Source of the DNA: the human T2T-CHM13v2.0 reference genome, Homo sapiens
Assembly: GCF_009914755.1 (NCBI RefSeq)
Contig: NC_060933.1
Reading direction: 5' to 3' (one strand)
DNA: 64,000 nucleotides
Made by a program: the position numbers and the translations under genes. Shown in pieces: positions 1-15,400 of the stretch; the first letter of the stretch is position 1; every line of letters starts with the position of its first letter. Below the pieces are notes generated by a model, which saw nothing but the letters and a program-made list of their open reading frames with translations, was not told the origin of the DNA and did not search any database.

Positions 1-3000
1 ATAGAATCAACCCGAGTGGAATGGCATGGAATGGAATGGAATGGAATGGAATGGAATGGTACGGAATAGAATGGAATGGAACGAAATGGAATGGAATGGA
101 ATGGAATGGAACGGAATGGAATGGAATCAACTCGATTGCAATGGAATGTAATGGAATGGAATGGAATTAACGCGAATAGAATGGAATGGAATGGAATGGA
201 ACGGAATGGAATGGAATGGGATGGAATGGAATCAATCTGAGTGCAGGGGAATGGAATGGAATGGAATGCAATGGAATGGAATCTAATGGAATGGAATGCA
301 ATGGAATGGAATGGAATGGAATGGAATGCAATGGAATCAACTCGATTGCAATTGGATGGAATGGAATGGAATGGAATGGAATGGAAGGGAATGGAATGGA
401 ATGGAATTAACCTGAACAGAATGGAATGGAATGGAATGGAACGGAATGGAATGGAATGGAATGGAATGGAATCAACCCGATTGCAATGGAATGGAGTGGA
501 ATGGAATGGAATGGAATGGAAACAACCCGAATGGAATGGAATGTAATGGAGTGTAAGGGAATTGAATAGAATCAATCCGAATGTAATGGAATGGAATGGA
601 ATCGAAAGGAATGGAATGGAATGGAATGGTTTCAACCCGAATGGAATGGAAAGGAATGGAATCATCCCGAGTGGAATGGAATGCAATGGAATGGAATGGA
701 ATGGAATGGAATGGAATGGAATGAACCCGTGTGCAATGGAATGGAATCGAATGGAATGGAATGGAATGGAATGGATTCAAGTCGAATGGAATGGAAAGGA
801 ATGGAATCAACCCGAGTGGAATGGCATGGAATGGAATGGAATGAAATGGAATGGAATGGAATGGAATGGTACGGAATAGAACGGAATGAAACGAAATGGA
901 ATGGAATGGAATGGAATGGAAAGGAATGGAATGGAATCAACCCGAGTGCAGGGGAATGGAATGGAATGGAAGGCAATGGAATGCAATCATCCGGAATTGA
1001 ATGGAATGGAATGGAATGGAATGGAATCAACTCGATTGCAATGGAATGTAATGGAATGGAATGGAATGGAATTAACCCTAATAGAATGGAATGGAATGGA
1101 ATGGAATGGAATGGAATGGAATGGAATGAAATGGAATCAACTCGATTTCAATGGAATGGAATGGAATGCAATGCAATGGAATGGAATGGAATGGAATGAA
1201 ATTAACCCGAATAGAATGGAATGGACTGGAATGGAATGGAATGGAATGGAATGGAATGGAATGGAATAGAGTGGAATGGAATGGAATGGAATAGAATGGA
1301 ATCCACCCGAGTGCAGGGGAATGGAATGGAATGGAATGCAATGGAATGGAATCATACGTAATGGAATGGAATGGAATGGAATGGAATCAACCTGATTGCA
1401 ATGGAATGGAGTGGAATGGAATGGAATGGAATGGAATGGAAACAACCCGAATGGAATGGAATGGAATGGAGTGTAAGGGAAGTGAATAGAATCAATACGA
1501 ATGTAATGGAATGGAAAGGAACGGAATGGAATGCAATGGAATGGAATGGAATCCAATGGAATGGGTTCAACCCGAGTGCAATGGAATGGAATCGAAAGTA
1601 ATGGAATGGAATGGAATGGATTCAACACCAATGGAATGGAAAGGAATGGAATCAACCCGAGTGGAATGGAATTTAATGGAATGGAATGGAATGGAATGCA
1701 GTGAAATGGAATCAAACCTAGTGCAATGGAATGGAATGGAATGGAATGGAATGGAATGGATTAGATTCAACCCAAATGGAATGGAAAGCAATGGAATCAA
1801 CCCGAGTGGAATGGCATGGCATGGAATGGAATGGAATGGAATGGAATGGAAGGGTACGGAATAGAATGGAATGGAACGAAATGGAATGGAATGGAATGGA
1901 ATGGAATGGAATGGAATGGAATGAAATGGAATAGAATGGAATCCACCCGATTGCAGGGGAATGGAATGGAATGGAATGCAATGGAATGGAATGGAATTGA
2001 TTCAACCCGCATGGAATGGAAAGGAAAGGAATAAACCCGAGTGAAATGGCATGGAAGGGAATGGAATGGAATGCAATGGTACGGAGTAGAATGGAATGGA
2101 ACGAAATGGAATGGAATGGAATGGAATGGAATGGAATTGGATGGAATGAACACGTGAGCAATGGAATGGAATGGAATGGAATGGAATGGAATGGAATGGA
2201 ATGGAATGGGTTCAACTCCAATGGAATGGAAAGGAATGGAATCAACCCGAGTGGAATGGCATGGAATGGAATGGAATGGAATGGAATGGAATGGAATGGA
2301 ATGGATTCAACCCGAATGGAATGGATTCAACCCGAATGGAATGGAAAGGAATGGAATAAACCCGAGTGGAATGGCATGGAATGGAGTGGAATGGAATGGA
2401 ATGGAGTGGAATGGAATGGAATGGAAGGGAATGGTACGGAATAGAATGGAATGGAACGAAATGGAATGGAATGGAATGGAATGGAATGGAATGGAATGAA
2501 CCCGTGTGCAATTGAATGGAATCGAATGGAATGGAATGCAATGGAATGGATTCAACTAGAATGGAATGGAAAGGAATGGAATCAACTCGAGTGGAATGGC
2601 ATGGCATGGAATGGAATGGAATGGAATGGAATGGAATGGAAAGGTACGGAATAGAATGGAATGGAACGAAATGGAATGGAATGGAATGGAATGAATGGAA
2701 TGGAGTGGAATAGAATGGAATCCACCCGATTGCAGGGGAATGGAATGGAACGGAATGCAATGGAATGGAATGGAATGGATTCAACCCGAATGGAATGGAA
2801 AGGAATGGAATCAACCCGAGTGGAATGGCATGGAATGGAATGGAATGGAATGGAATGGAATGGTACGGAATAGAACGGAATGGAACGAAATGGAATGGAA
2901 TGGAATGGAATGGAATGGAATGGAATGGAATGGAATGGAATGGAATGGAATCAACCTGAGTGCAATGGAATGGAGTCGAATGGAATGTAATGGAACGGAA

Positions 3001-6000
3001 ACAACCCGAATGGAATGGAATGTAATGGAGTGTAAGGGAATTGAATAAAATCAATCCGAATGTAATGGAATGGAATGGAACGGAATGGAATGAAATGGAA
3101 TGGAATGGAATGGAATGGAATGGAATGAAATGGAATGGCAGGGAATGGAATGGAATCAACCCGAGTGCAAAGGAATGGAATGGAATGGAATGGAATGCAA
3201 TCGAATGGAATGGATTCAACCCGAATGGAATGGAAAGGAATGTAATAAACCTGAGTGGAATGGCATGGAATGGAATGGAATGGAATGGAATGGTACGGAA
3301 TAGAATGGAATGGAACGAAATGGAATGGGATGGAATGGAATGGAATGGAATCAACCTGAGTGCAATGGAATGGAGTAGAATGGAATGTAATGGAATGGAA
3401 ACAACACGAATGGAATGGAATGTAATGGAGTGTAAGGGAATTGAGTACAATCAGTACGAATGTAATGGAATGGAATGGAACGGAATGGAATGGAATGGAA
3501 AGGAATGGAATCAACACGAGTGCAGGGGAATGGAATGGAATGGAATGCAATGGAATGGAATCATCCTGAATGGAATGGAATGCAATGGAATGGAATCAAT
3601 CAACCCGAGTGCAATAGAATGCAGAGGAATGGAATGGAATGGAATGGAAACTACCCGAATGGAATGGAATGTAATGGAGTGTAAGGGAATTAAAAAGAAT
3701 CAATCCGAATGTAATGGAATTGAACGGAAATGAATGGAATGGAATGGAACGGAATGGAATGGAATGGAATGAAATGGAATGGCATGGAATGGAATGGAAT
3801 CAACCCGAGTTCAATGCAATGGAATGGAATGGAATGGAATGGAATGGAATGGAATGGAATGGATTCAACCCGAATGGAATGGAAAGGAATGGAATAAACC
3901 CGAGTGAAATGGCATGGAAGGGAACGGAATGGAATGGAATGGTAAGGAATAGAATGGAATGGAACGAAATGGAATGGAATGGAATGGAATGGAATGGAAT
4001 GGAATGGAATGGAATGGAAAGGAATGAACCCGTGTGCAAAGGAATGGAATGGAATGGAATGGAATGGAATAGAATGGAATGGGTTCAACTGGAATGGAAT
4101 GGAAAGGAATGGAATCAACCCGAGTGCAATGGAATGGAGTGGAATGGAATGGAATGGAATGGAATCAACCCGAGTGCAATGGAATGGAATGGAATGGAAT
4201 GGAATGGAATGGAATGGAATGGAATGAATTCAACCCGAATGGAATGGAAAGGAATGGAATAAACCCGAGTGGAATGGCATGGAATGGAGTGGAATGGAAT
4301 GGAATGGAATGGTAGGGAAGAGAATGGAATGGAACGAAATGGAATGAAATGGAATAGAATGGAATGGAATGGAATGGAATGGAATGGAATGAACCCGTGA
4401 GCAATGGAATGGAATCGAATGGAATGGAATCGAATGGAATGGATTCAACTCGAATGGAATGGAAAGTAATGGAATCAACCCGAGTGGAATGGCATGGAAT
4501 GGAATCGAATGGAATGGAAAGGAATGGAATCAACCCGATTGCAGAGGAATGGAATGGAATGGAAGGCAATGGATTGGAATGAAATGGAATGGCATGGAAT
4601 GGAATGGAATCAACCCGAGTTCAATGGAATTGAATGGAATGGAATGGAATGGAATGGAATGGAATAAACTCGATTGCAAAGGAATGGAATGGAATGGAAT
4701 GGAATGGAATGGAATGGAATGGAATGGAATGGAATTAACCCTAATAGAATGGAATGGAATGGAATAGAATGGAATGGAATGGAAGGGAATGGAATGGAAT
4801 GGAATGGAATTAACCCGAATAGAATGGAATGGAATGGAATTGAATGGAATGGAATGGAATGGAATCAACTCGATTTCAATGGAATGGAATGGAATGGAAT
4901 GGAATGGAATAGAATGGAATCCACCCGAGTGCAGGGGAATGGAATGGAATAGAATGCAATGGAATGGAATCATACGGAATGCAATGGAATGGAATGGAAT
5001 TGAATGGAATGGAAAGGAATGGAAACAACCCGAATGGAATGGAATGTGATGGATTGTAAGGGAATTGAATAGAATCAATCCGAATGTAATGGAATTGAAT
5101 GGAACGGAATGGAATGGAATGGAATGGAATGGAATGGAATGGAATGGAATGCAAAGGAATGGGATCAACCCGAGTGCAATGGAATGGAATCGAAAGGAAT
5201 GGAATGGAATGGAAAGGCTTCACCCCGAATGGAATGGAAAGGAATGGAATCAACCCGAGTTGAATGGAATGGAATGGAATGGAATGGAATGGAATGGAAT
5301 GGAATGGAATGCAATGGAATGGAACGGAATGGAATCAACCCGATTGCAATGAAACTGAATGGAATGGAATGGAATGGAATGGAATTAACCCAAATAGAAT
5401 GGAATGGAATGGAATGGAATGGTATGGAATGCAATGGAACGGAATGGAATTGAATGGAATTGAATGGAATCAACCCGGGTGCAAGGGAATGCAATTGAAT
5501 GGAAGGCAATGGAATGCAATCATCCGAAATGGAATAGAATTGAATGGAATGGAATGGTTTCAACCCGAATGGAATGGAATGGAAAGGAATCAACCCGAGT
5601 GGAATGGCATGGAATGGAATGGAATGGAATGGAATGGAATGGTATGGAATAGAATGGAATGGAACGAAATGGAATGGAAGGGAATGGAATGGAATGGAAT
5701 GGAATCAACCCGACAGCAATGGAATGGAGTGGAATGGAATGGAATGGAATGGAAACAACCCGAATGGAATGGAATGTAATGGAGTGTAAGGGAATTGAAT
5801 ACAATCAATACGAATGTAATGGAATGGAATGGAACGGAATGGAATGGAATGGAATGGAATGCAATGGAATGGAATGGATTCAACCCAAATGGAATGGAAA
5901 GCAATGGAATCAACCCGAGTGGAATGGCATGGAACGGAATGGAATGGAATGGTATGGAATAGAATGGAATGGAAAGAAATGGAATGGAATGGAATGGAAT

Positions 6001-6400
6001 GGAACGGAATGGAATGGAAAGGAATGGAATGGAATAGAATGGAATAGAATGGAATGGAACGAAATGGAATGGAATGGAACGGAATGGAATGGAATCAATC
6101 CGAGTGGAATAGAAGGGAATGCAATCGAGTAGAATGGAAAGGAATGGAATCAACCAGAGTGGAATGGAAGGGAATGGAATGGAATGGAATGGAATGGAAT
6201 GGAATGGAATGGAATGGAATGGAATGGAATGGAATCAAGTCGATTGCAATGGAAGGTAATGGAATGGAGTGGAATGGAATTAACGCGAATAGAATGGAAT
6301 GGAATGGAATGGAATGGAATGGAATCAACCTGAGTGCAGGGGAATGGAATGCAATGGAATGCAATGGAATGCAAAGGAATGGAATGGAATGGAATGGAAT
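1..6400 (+). repeat. HSat3 sub-domain A (left)
   Basis: Diagnostic variants AACCCGTGTGCAA (~725, ~2499, ~4028), TAACCCTAATAG (~1073, ~4736), CAAACCTAGTGCAA (~1713) and CTCGATTTCAA (~1141, ~4870). Lacks the B markers. Confidence 0.7.
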
Positions 6401-6445
6401 CAACGCGAGTACAGGGGAATGGAATTTAATGGAATGCAATGGAAT

Positions 6446-9400
6446 GGAATCTTCCGGAATGGAATGGAATGGAATGGAATCAACCCGAGTGCAATGGAAT
6501 GGAGAGGAATGGAATGGAATGGAATGGAACAACCCGAATGGAATCGAATGTAATGGAGAGTAAGGGAGTTGAATAGAATCAATCCGAATGTAATGGAATG
6601 GAATGGAACGGAATGGAATTGAATGGTATCGAATGGAATGCAATGGAATGGAATCAACCCGAGTGCAATGGAATGGAGAGGAAAGGAATGGAATGGAATG
6701 GAAACTACCCGAATGGAATGGAATGTAATGGAGTGTAAGGGAATTGAATAGAATCAATCCGAATGTAATGGAATGGAATGGAACGGAATGGAATGGAATG
6801 GAATGGAATGGAATGGAATGGAATACAATGGAATGGAATCAACCCGAGTGCAATCGAATGGAATCGAATGTAATGGAATGCAATGGAATGGATTCAACTT
6901 GAATGGAATGGAAAGAATGGAATCAATACGAGTGGAATGGCATGGATTGGAATGGAATGGAATTGAATCAACCCGAGTACAGGGGAATGGAATGGAATGG
7001 AATGCAATGGAATGGAATCATCCGTAATGTAATGGAAAGGAATGGAATGGAATGGAATGGAATGGAACGGAATGGAATGGAATGGAATGGAATCAACTCG
7101 ATTGCAATCGAATGGAATGGAATGGAATTAACCCAAATAGAATGGAATGGAATGGAATGGAACGGAACGGAATGGAATGCAATGGAATAGAATAGAATGG
7201 AATGGAACGGAACGGAACGGAATGGAATGGAATGGAATGGAATGGAATGGAATCAACGCGAGTGCAGGGAAATAGAATGGTATGGAATGCAATGGAATGG
7301 AATCTTCCGGAATGGAATGGAATGGAATGGAATGGCATGAAATGCAATGGATTCAACTCGATTGCAATGGAATGGAATAGAATGGAATGGAATGGAATGG
7401 AATGGAATTAACCCGAATAGAATGGAATGGAATGGAATGGAACGGAATGGAACGGAATGGAATGGAATGGAATGGAATGGAATGGTATGGAATGGAATGG
7501 AATGTTATGGAATGGAATGGAATGGAATCAACCCGAGTGCAATGGAATGGAGTGGAATGGAATGGAATGGAATGGAACAACCCGAATGGAATGGAATGTA
7601 ATGGAGAGTAAGGGAGTTGAATAGAATCAGTCCGAATGTAATGGAATGGAATGCAACGGAATGGAATGGAATGGAATGGAATGGAATGCAATGGAATGGA
7701 ATCAACCCGAGTGCAATCGAATGGAATCGAATGGAATGGAATGCAATGGAATGGATTCAACTTGAATGGAATGGAAACAATGGAATCAATACGAGTGGAA
7801 TGGCATGGATTGGAATGGAATGGAATGGAATCAACCTGAGTACAGGGGAATGGAATGGAATGGAATGCAATGGAATGGAATCATCCGTAATGTAATGGAA
7901 AGGAATGGAATGGAATGGAATGGAATGGAATGGAATGGAATGGAATCAACTCGATTGCAATCGAATGGAATGGAATGGAATTAACCCAAATAGAATGGAA
8001 TGGAATGGAATGGAACGGAACGGAATGGAATGGAATGGAATGGAATGGAATGGAATGGAATGGAATCAACGCGAGTGCAGGGGAATGTAAAGGAACGGAA
8101 TGCAGTGGAATGAAATCATCCGGAATGGAATGGAATGGAATGGAATGGAATGGAATCAACCCGAGTGCAATGGAATGGAGTGGAATGGAATGGAATGGAA
8201 TGGAACAACCCGAATGGAATGGAATGTAATGGAGAGTAAGGGAGTTGAATAGAATCAATCCGAATGTAATGGAATGGAATGCAATGGATTGCAATGGAAT
8301 GGAATGGAATGGAATGCAATGGAATGGAATCAACCCGAGTACAATGGAATGGAATGGAATGGAATGGAATGGAATGGAAAGCCTTCAAACCGAATGGAAT
8401 GGAAAGGAATGGAATCAACACGAGTGGAATGGAATGGAATGGATTGGAATGGAATGGAATGGAATGATACGGAATAGAATGGAATGGAACGAAATGGAAT
8501 GGAATGGAATGGAATGGAATGGAATGGAATGGAATGGAATCGTTCCGAGTGGAATAGGAGGGAATGTATTCGAGTGGAATGGAAAGGAATGGAATCAACC
8601 AGAGTGGAATGGAAGGGAATGGAATGGAATGGAAACGAATAGAATGGAATCAACCCGAGTGGAATGGAATGGAAAGGACTGGAATGGAATGGAATGGAAT
8701 GGAATGGAATGGAATGGAATCAACTCGATTGTAATGGAATGGAATGGAATGGAATGGAATGGAATGGAATGGAATTAACCCGAATACAATGGAATGGAAT
8801 GGAATGCAAAGGAATGGAGTGGAATGGAATGGAATCAACCCGAGTGCAGGGGAATGCAATGGAATGGAATGCAATGGAATGGAGTCATCCGGAATGGAAT
8901 GGAATGGAATGGAATGCAAAGCAATGGAATCAACTCGATTGCAATGGAATGGAATGGAATGGAAAGGAATACATTGGAATCAACCCGAGTGGAATGGAAT
9001 GGAAAGGACTGGAATGGAATGGAATGGAATGGAATGGAATGGAATCAACTCGATTGGAATGGAATGGAAAGGAATGGAATGGAATGGAATGGAATTAACC
9101 AGAATAGAATGGAATGGAATGGAATGGAACGGAACGGAACGGAATGGAATGGAATGGAAAGGAATGGAATGGAATGGAATGGAATGGAATCAACCCGACT
9201 GCAGGGGAATGGAATGGAATGGAATGCAATGGAATCAACCCGAGTACAGGGGAATGGAATGGAATGGAATGCAATGGAATAGAATCATCCGTAATGGAAT
9301 GGAATGGAATGGAATGGAATGGAATGGAATGGAATGGAATGGAATGGAATGGAATCAACTCGATTGCAATCGAATGGAATGGAATGGAATTAACGCGAAT

Positions 9401-12400
9401 AGAATGGAATGGAATGGAATGGAACGGAACGGAATGGAATGGAATGGAATGGAATGGAATGGAATGGAACGGAAAGGAATGGAATGGAATGGAATGGAAT
9501 GGAATGGAAAGGAATGGAATCAACGCGAGTGCAGGGGAATGGAATGGAATCGAATGTAATGGAATGGAATGGAATGGAATAAACCCGAGTGCAGGGGAAT
9601 GTAATGGAAAGGAATGCAACGGAATGGAATCATCCGGAATGGAATGGAATGGAATGGAATGGAATGGAATGGAATGGAATCAACTCGATTGCATTCGAAT
9701 GGAATGGAATGGAATTAACCCGAATAGAATGGAATGGAATGGAATGGAACGGAATGGAACGAAACGGAATGGAATGGAATGGAATGGAACGGAACGGAAT
9801 GGAATGGAATGGAATGGAATGGAACTGAAAAGAATAAATGCGAATGCAGGGGAATGGAATGGAATGGAATGAAATGGAATGGAATATTCCGAAATGGAAT
9901 GGAATGGAATGGAATGCAATGGATTCAACTCGATTGCAATGGAATGGAAAAGAATGGAATGGAATGGAATGGAATGGAATTAACCAGAATAGAATGGAAT
10001 GGAATGGAATGGAACGGAACGGAACGGAACGGAACGGAACGGAATGGAATGGAATGGAATGGAATGGAATGGAATGGAATGGAATCAACTCGATTGCATT
10101 CTAATGGAATGGAATGGAATTAACCCGAATAGAATGGAATGGAACGGAATGGAACGGAATGGAACGGAACGGAATGGAATGGAATGGAATGGAATGGAAT
10201 GGAATGGAATTGTATGGAATGGAATGGAATGGTACGGAATAGAATGGAATGGAAAGAATTGGAATGGAATGGAAACGAATGGAATGGAATGGAATGGAAT
10301 GGAATGGAATCAACCCGAGTGTAGGGGAATGTAATGGAACGGAATGCAATGGAATGGAATCATCCGGAATGGAATGGAATCGATTGGAATGGATGGAATG
10401 GAATGGAATGGAATGGAATCAACCGGAGTACAGGGGAATGGAATGGAATGGAATGCAATGGAATGGAGTCATCCGAAATGGAATGGAAAGGAATGGAATG
10501 GAATGCAATGGAATGGAATGGAATGGAATGGAATGGAATGGAATCAACTCGATTGCAATCAAATGGAATGGAATGGAATTAACCCGAATAGAATGGAATG
10601 GAATGGAATGGAATGGAACGGAACGGAACGGAACGGAATGGAACGGAATGGAATGGAATGGAATGGAACGGAAAGGAACGGAATGGAATGGAATGGAATG
10701 GAATGGAATGGAATGGAATGGAATGGAATCAACGCGAGTGCAGGGGAATGGAATGTAATGGAATGCAATGGAATGGAATCTTCCGGAATGGAATGGAATG
10801 GAATGGAATCAACCCGAGTGCAATGGAATGGAGTGGAATGGAATGGAATGGAATGGAACAAACCGAATAGAATGGAATGTAATGGAGAGTAAGGGAGTTG
10901 AATAGAAACAATCTGAATATAATGGAATGGAACGGAATGGAATGGAATGGAATGGAATGGAATGGAATGCAATGGAATGGAATCAACCCGAGTGCAATCG
11001 AATGGAATCGAATGGAATGGAATGCAATGGAATGGATTCAACTTGAATGTAATGGAAAGAATGGAATCAACACGAGTGGAATGGCATGGATTGGAATGGA
11101 ATGGAATGGAATCAACCCGAGTACAGGGGAATGGAATGGAATGGAATGCAATGGAATGGAATAATCCGTAATGGAATAGAAAGGAATGGAATGGAATGGA
11201 ATGGAATGGAATGGAATGGAATCAACTCGATTGCAATCGAATGGAATGGAATGGAATTAACCCGAATAGAATGGAATGGAATGGAATGGAACGGAACGGA
11301 ACGGAATGGAATGGAATGGAATGGAATGGAACGGAAAGGATTGGAATGGAATGGAATGGAATGGAATGGAATGGAATGGAATGGAATGGAATCAACGCGA
11401 GAGCAGGGGAATGAAATGGAATGGAATGGAATGGAATGGAGTGGAATGGATTGGAATCAACCCGAGTTCAGGGGAATGTAATGGAACGGAATGCAAGGGA
11501 ATGGAATCATCCGGAATGGAATGGAATGGAATGGAATGGAATCAACCCGAGTGCAATGGAATGGAGTGGAATGGAATGGAATAGAATGGAACAACTCGCA
11601 TGGAATGGAATGTAATGGAGAGTAAGGGAGTTGAAAAGAATCAATCCGAATGGAATGGAATGGAATGGAACGGAATGGAATGGAATGGAATGGAATGGAA
11701 TGGAATGGAATCAACCCGAGTACAATGGAATGGAATGGAATGGAATGGAATGGAATGGAATGGAATGGAATGGAATGGAATCAACCCGAGTGCAATGGAA
11801 TGGAGTGGAATGGAATGGAATGGAATGGAAACTACCCGAACGGAATGGAATGTAATGGAGTGTAAGGAAATTGAATAGAATCAATCCGAATATAATGGAA
11901 TAGAATGGAACGGAATGGAATTGAATGGAATGGAATGGAATGCAATGGAATGGAATGGAACGGAATGGAATGGAATGGAATGGAATTGATTGGAATGGAA
12001 TGGAATGCAATGGAATGGAATCAACCCGAGTGCAATCGAATGGAATCGAATGGAAAAGAATGCAATGGAATGGATTCAACTTGAATGGAATGGAAAGAAT
12101 GGAATCAACACGAGTGGAATGGCATGGATTGGAATGGAATGGAATGGAATCAACCCGAGTACAGGGGAATGGAATGGAATTGAATGCAATGGAATGGAAT
12201 CATCCGTAATGGAATGGAAAGGAATAGAATGGAATGGAATGGAATGGAATGGAATGGAATGGAATCAACTCGATTGCAATCGAATGGAATGGAATGGAAT
12301 TAACCCGAATAGAATGGAATGGAATGGAATGGAATGGAATGGAATGGAACGGAAAGGAAGGGAATGGAATGGAATAGAATGGAATGGAATGGAATCAACG

Positions 12401-15400
12401 CGAGTGCAGGGGAATGGAATGGAATGGAATGCAATGGAATGGAATCTTCCGGAAAGGAATGTAATGGAATGGAATGGAATGGAATGGAATCAACCCGAGT
12501 GCAATGGAATGGAGTGGAATGGAATGGAATGGAATGGAACAACCCGAATGGAATGGAATGTAATGGAGAGTAAGGGAGTTGAATAGAATCAATCCGAATG
12601 TAATGGAATGGAATGGAACGGAATGTAATTGAATGGAATGGAATGGAATGCAGTGGAATGGAATCAACCCGAGTGCAATGGAATGGAGAGGAATGGAATG
12701 GAATGGAATGGAAACTACACGAATGGAATGTAATGTAATGGAGTGTAAGGGAATTGAATAGAATCAATCCGAATGGAATGGAATGGAATGGAATGGAATG
12801 GAATGGAATGGAATAGAATGGAATGGAATGCAATGGAATGGAATCAACCTGAGTGCAATCGAATGGAATCGAACGGAATGGAATGCAATGGAATGCATTC
12901 AACTTGAATGAAATGGAAAGAATGGAATCAACACAAGTGGAATGGCATGGATTGGAATGGAATGGAATGGAATCAACCCGAGTACAGGGGAATGGAATAG
13001 AATGGAATGCAATGGAATGGAATCATCCGTAATGGAATGGAAAGGAATGGAGTGGAATGGAATGGAATGGAATGGAATCAACTCGATTGCAATCGAATGG
13101 AAGGGAATTGAATTAACCCGAATAGAATGGAATGGAATGGAATGGAACGGAACGGAATGGAATGGAATGGAATGCAATGGAATGCAACGGAACGGAACGG
13201 AATGGAATGGAATGGAATGGAATGGAATGGAATGGAATGGAATCAACGCGAGTGCAGGGGAATGGAATGGAATGGAATGCAATGGAATGGAATCTTCCGG
13301 AATGGAATGGAATGGAATGGAATGGAATGGAATGGAATGGAATCAACCCGAGTGCAATGGAATGGAGTGGAATGGAATGTAATGGAATGGAACAACCCGA
13401 ATGGAATGGAATGTAATGGAGAGTAAGGGAGTTGAATAGAATCAATCCGAATGGAATGGAATGGAATGGAACGGAATGGAATTGAATGGAATGGAATGGA
13501 ATGCAATGGAATGGAATCAACCCGAGTGCAATGGAATGGAGAGGAATGGAATGGAATGGAATGGAAACTACCCGAATGGAATGGAATGTAATGGAGTGTA
13601 AGGGAATTGAATAGAATCAATCCGAATGTAATGGAATCGAATGGAACGGAATGGAATGGAATGGAATGGAATGGAATGGAATGCAATGGAATGGAATCAA
13701 CCCGAGTGCAATCGAATGGAATCGAATGGAATGGAATACAATGGAATGGATTCAACTTGAATGGAATGGAAAGAATGGAATCAACACGAGTGGAATGGCA
13801 TGGATTGGAATGGAATGGAATGGAATCAACCCGAGTACAGGGGAATGGAATGGAATGGAATGCAATGCAATGGAATCATCCGTAATGGAATGGAAATTAA
13901 TGGAATGGAATGGAATGGAATGGAATGGAATGGAATGGAATCAACTCGATTGCAATCGAATGGAATGGAATGGAATTAACCCGAATAGAATGGTATGGAA
14001 TGGAATGGAACGGAACGGAATGGAATGGAATGGAATGGAATGGAATGGAACGGAACGGAATGGAATGGAATGGAATGGAATGGAATGGAATGGAATCAAC
14101 GCGAGTGCAGGGGAATGGAATGGAATGGAATGGAATGGAATGGAATCTTCCGGAATGGAATGGAATGGAATGGAATGGAATGGAATGGAATGGAATGGAA
14201 TGGAATCAACTCGATTGCAATCGAATGGAATGGAATGGAATTAACCCGAATAGAATGGAATGGAATGGAATGGAACGGAATGTAATGGAATGGAATTGAA
14301 TGGAATGGAATGGAATGGAATGGAACGGAACGGAATGGAATGGAATGGAATGGAATCAACGCGAGTGCAGGGGAATGGAATGGAATGGAATGCAATGGAA
14401 TGGAATCTTCCGGAATGGAATGGAATGGAATGGAATGGAATGAAATGCAACGGGTTCAACTCGATTGCAATGGAATGGAACAGAATGGAATGGAATGGAA
14501 TGGAATGGAATGGAATTAATTCGAATTGAATGGAATGGAATGGAATGGAACGGAATGGAACGGAATGGAATGGAATGGAATGGAATGGTATGGAATGGAA
14601 TGGAATGGTACGGAATAGAATGGAATGGAACGAATTGTAATGGAATGGAATTGAATGGAATGGAATGGAATGGAATGGAATCAACGCGAGTGCAGGGGAA
14701 TGTAATGGAACGGAATGCAATGGAATGGAATCATCCGCAATGGAATGGAATGGAATGGAATGGAATGGAATGGAATGGAATCAACCCGAGTGCAATGGAA
14801 TGGAGTGGAATGGAATGGAATGGAATGGAACAACCCGAATGGAATGGAATGTAGTGGAGAGTAAGGGAGTTGAATAGAATCAATCCGAATGTAATGGAAT
14901 GGAATGCAACGGAATGGAATGGAATGGAATGGAATGGAATGCAATGGAATTGAATCAACCCGAGTACAATGGAATGGAATGGAATGAAATGGAATGGAAG
15001 GGAATGGAATGGAATGGAATGATACGGAATAGAATGGAATGGAACGAAATGGAATGGAATGGAATGGAATGGAATGGAATGGAATGGAATGGAATGGAAT
15101 GGAATGGAATCTTTCCGAGTGGAATAGGAGGGAATGTATTCGAGTGGAATGGAAAGGAATGGAATCAACCAGAGTGGAATGGAAGGGAATGGAATGGAAT
15201 GGAAACTAATAGAATGGAATCAACCCGAGAGGAATGGAATGGAAAGGACTGGAATGGAATGGAATGGAATGGAATCAACTCGATTGTAATGGAATGGAAT
15301 GGAATGGAATGGAATGGAATTAACCCGAATACAATGCTATGGAATGGAATGGAACGAAATGGAGTGGAATGGAATGGAATCAACCCGAGTGCAGGGGAAT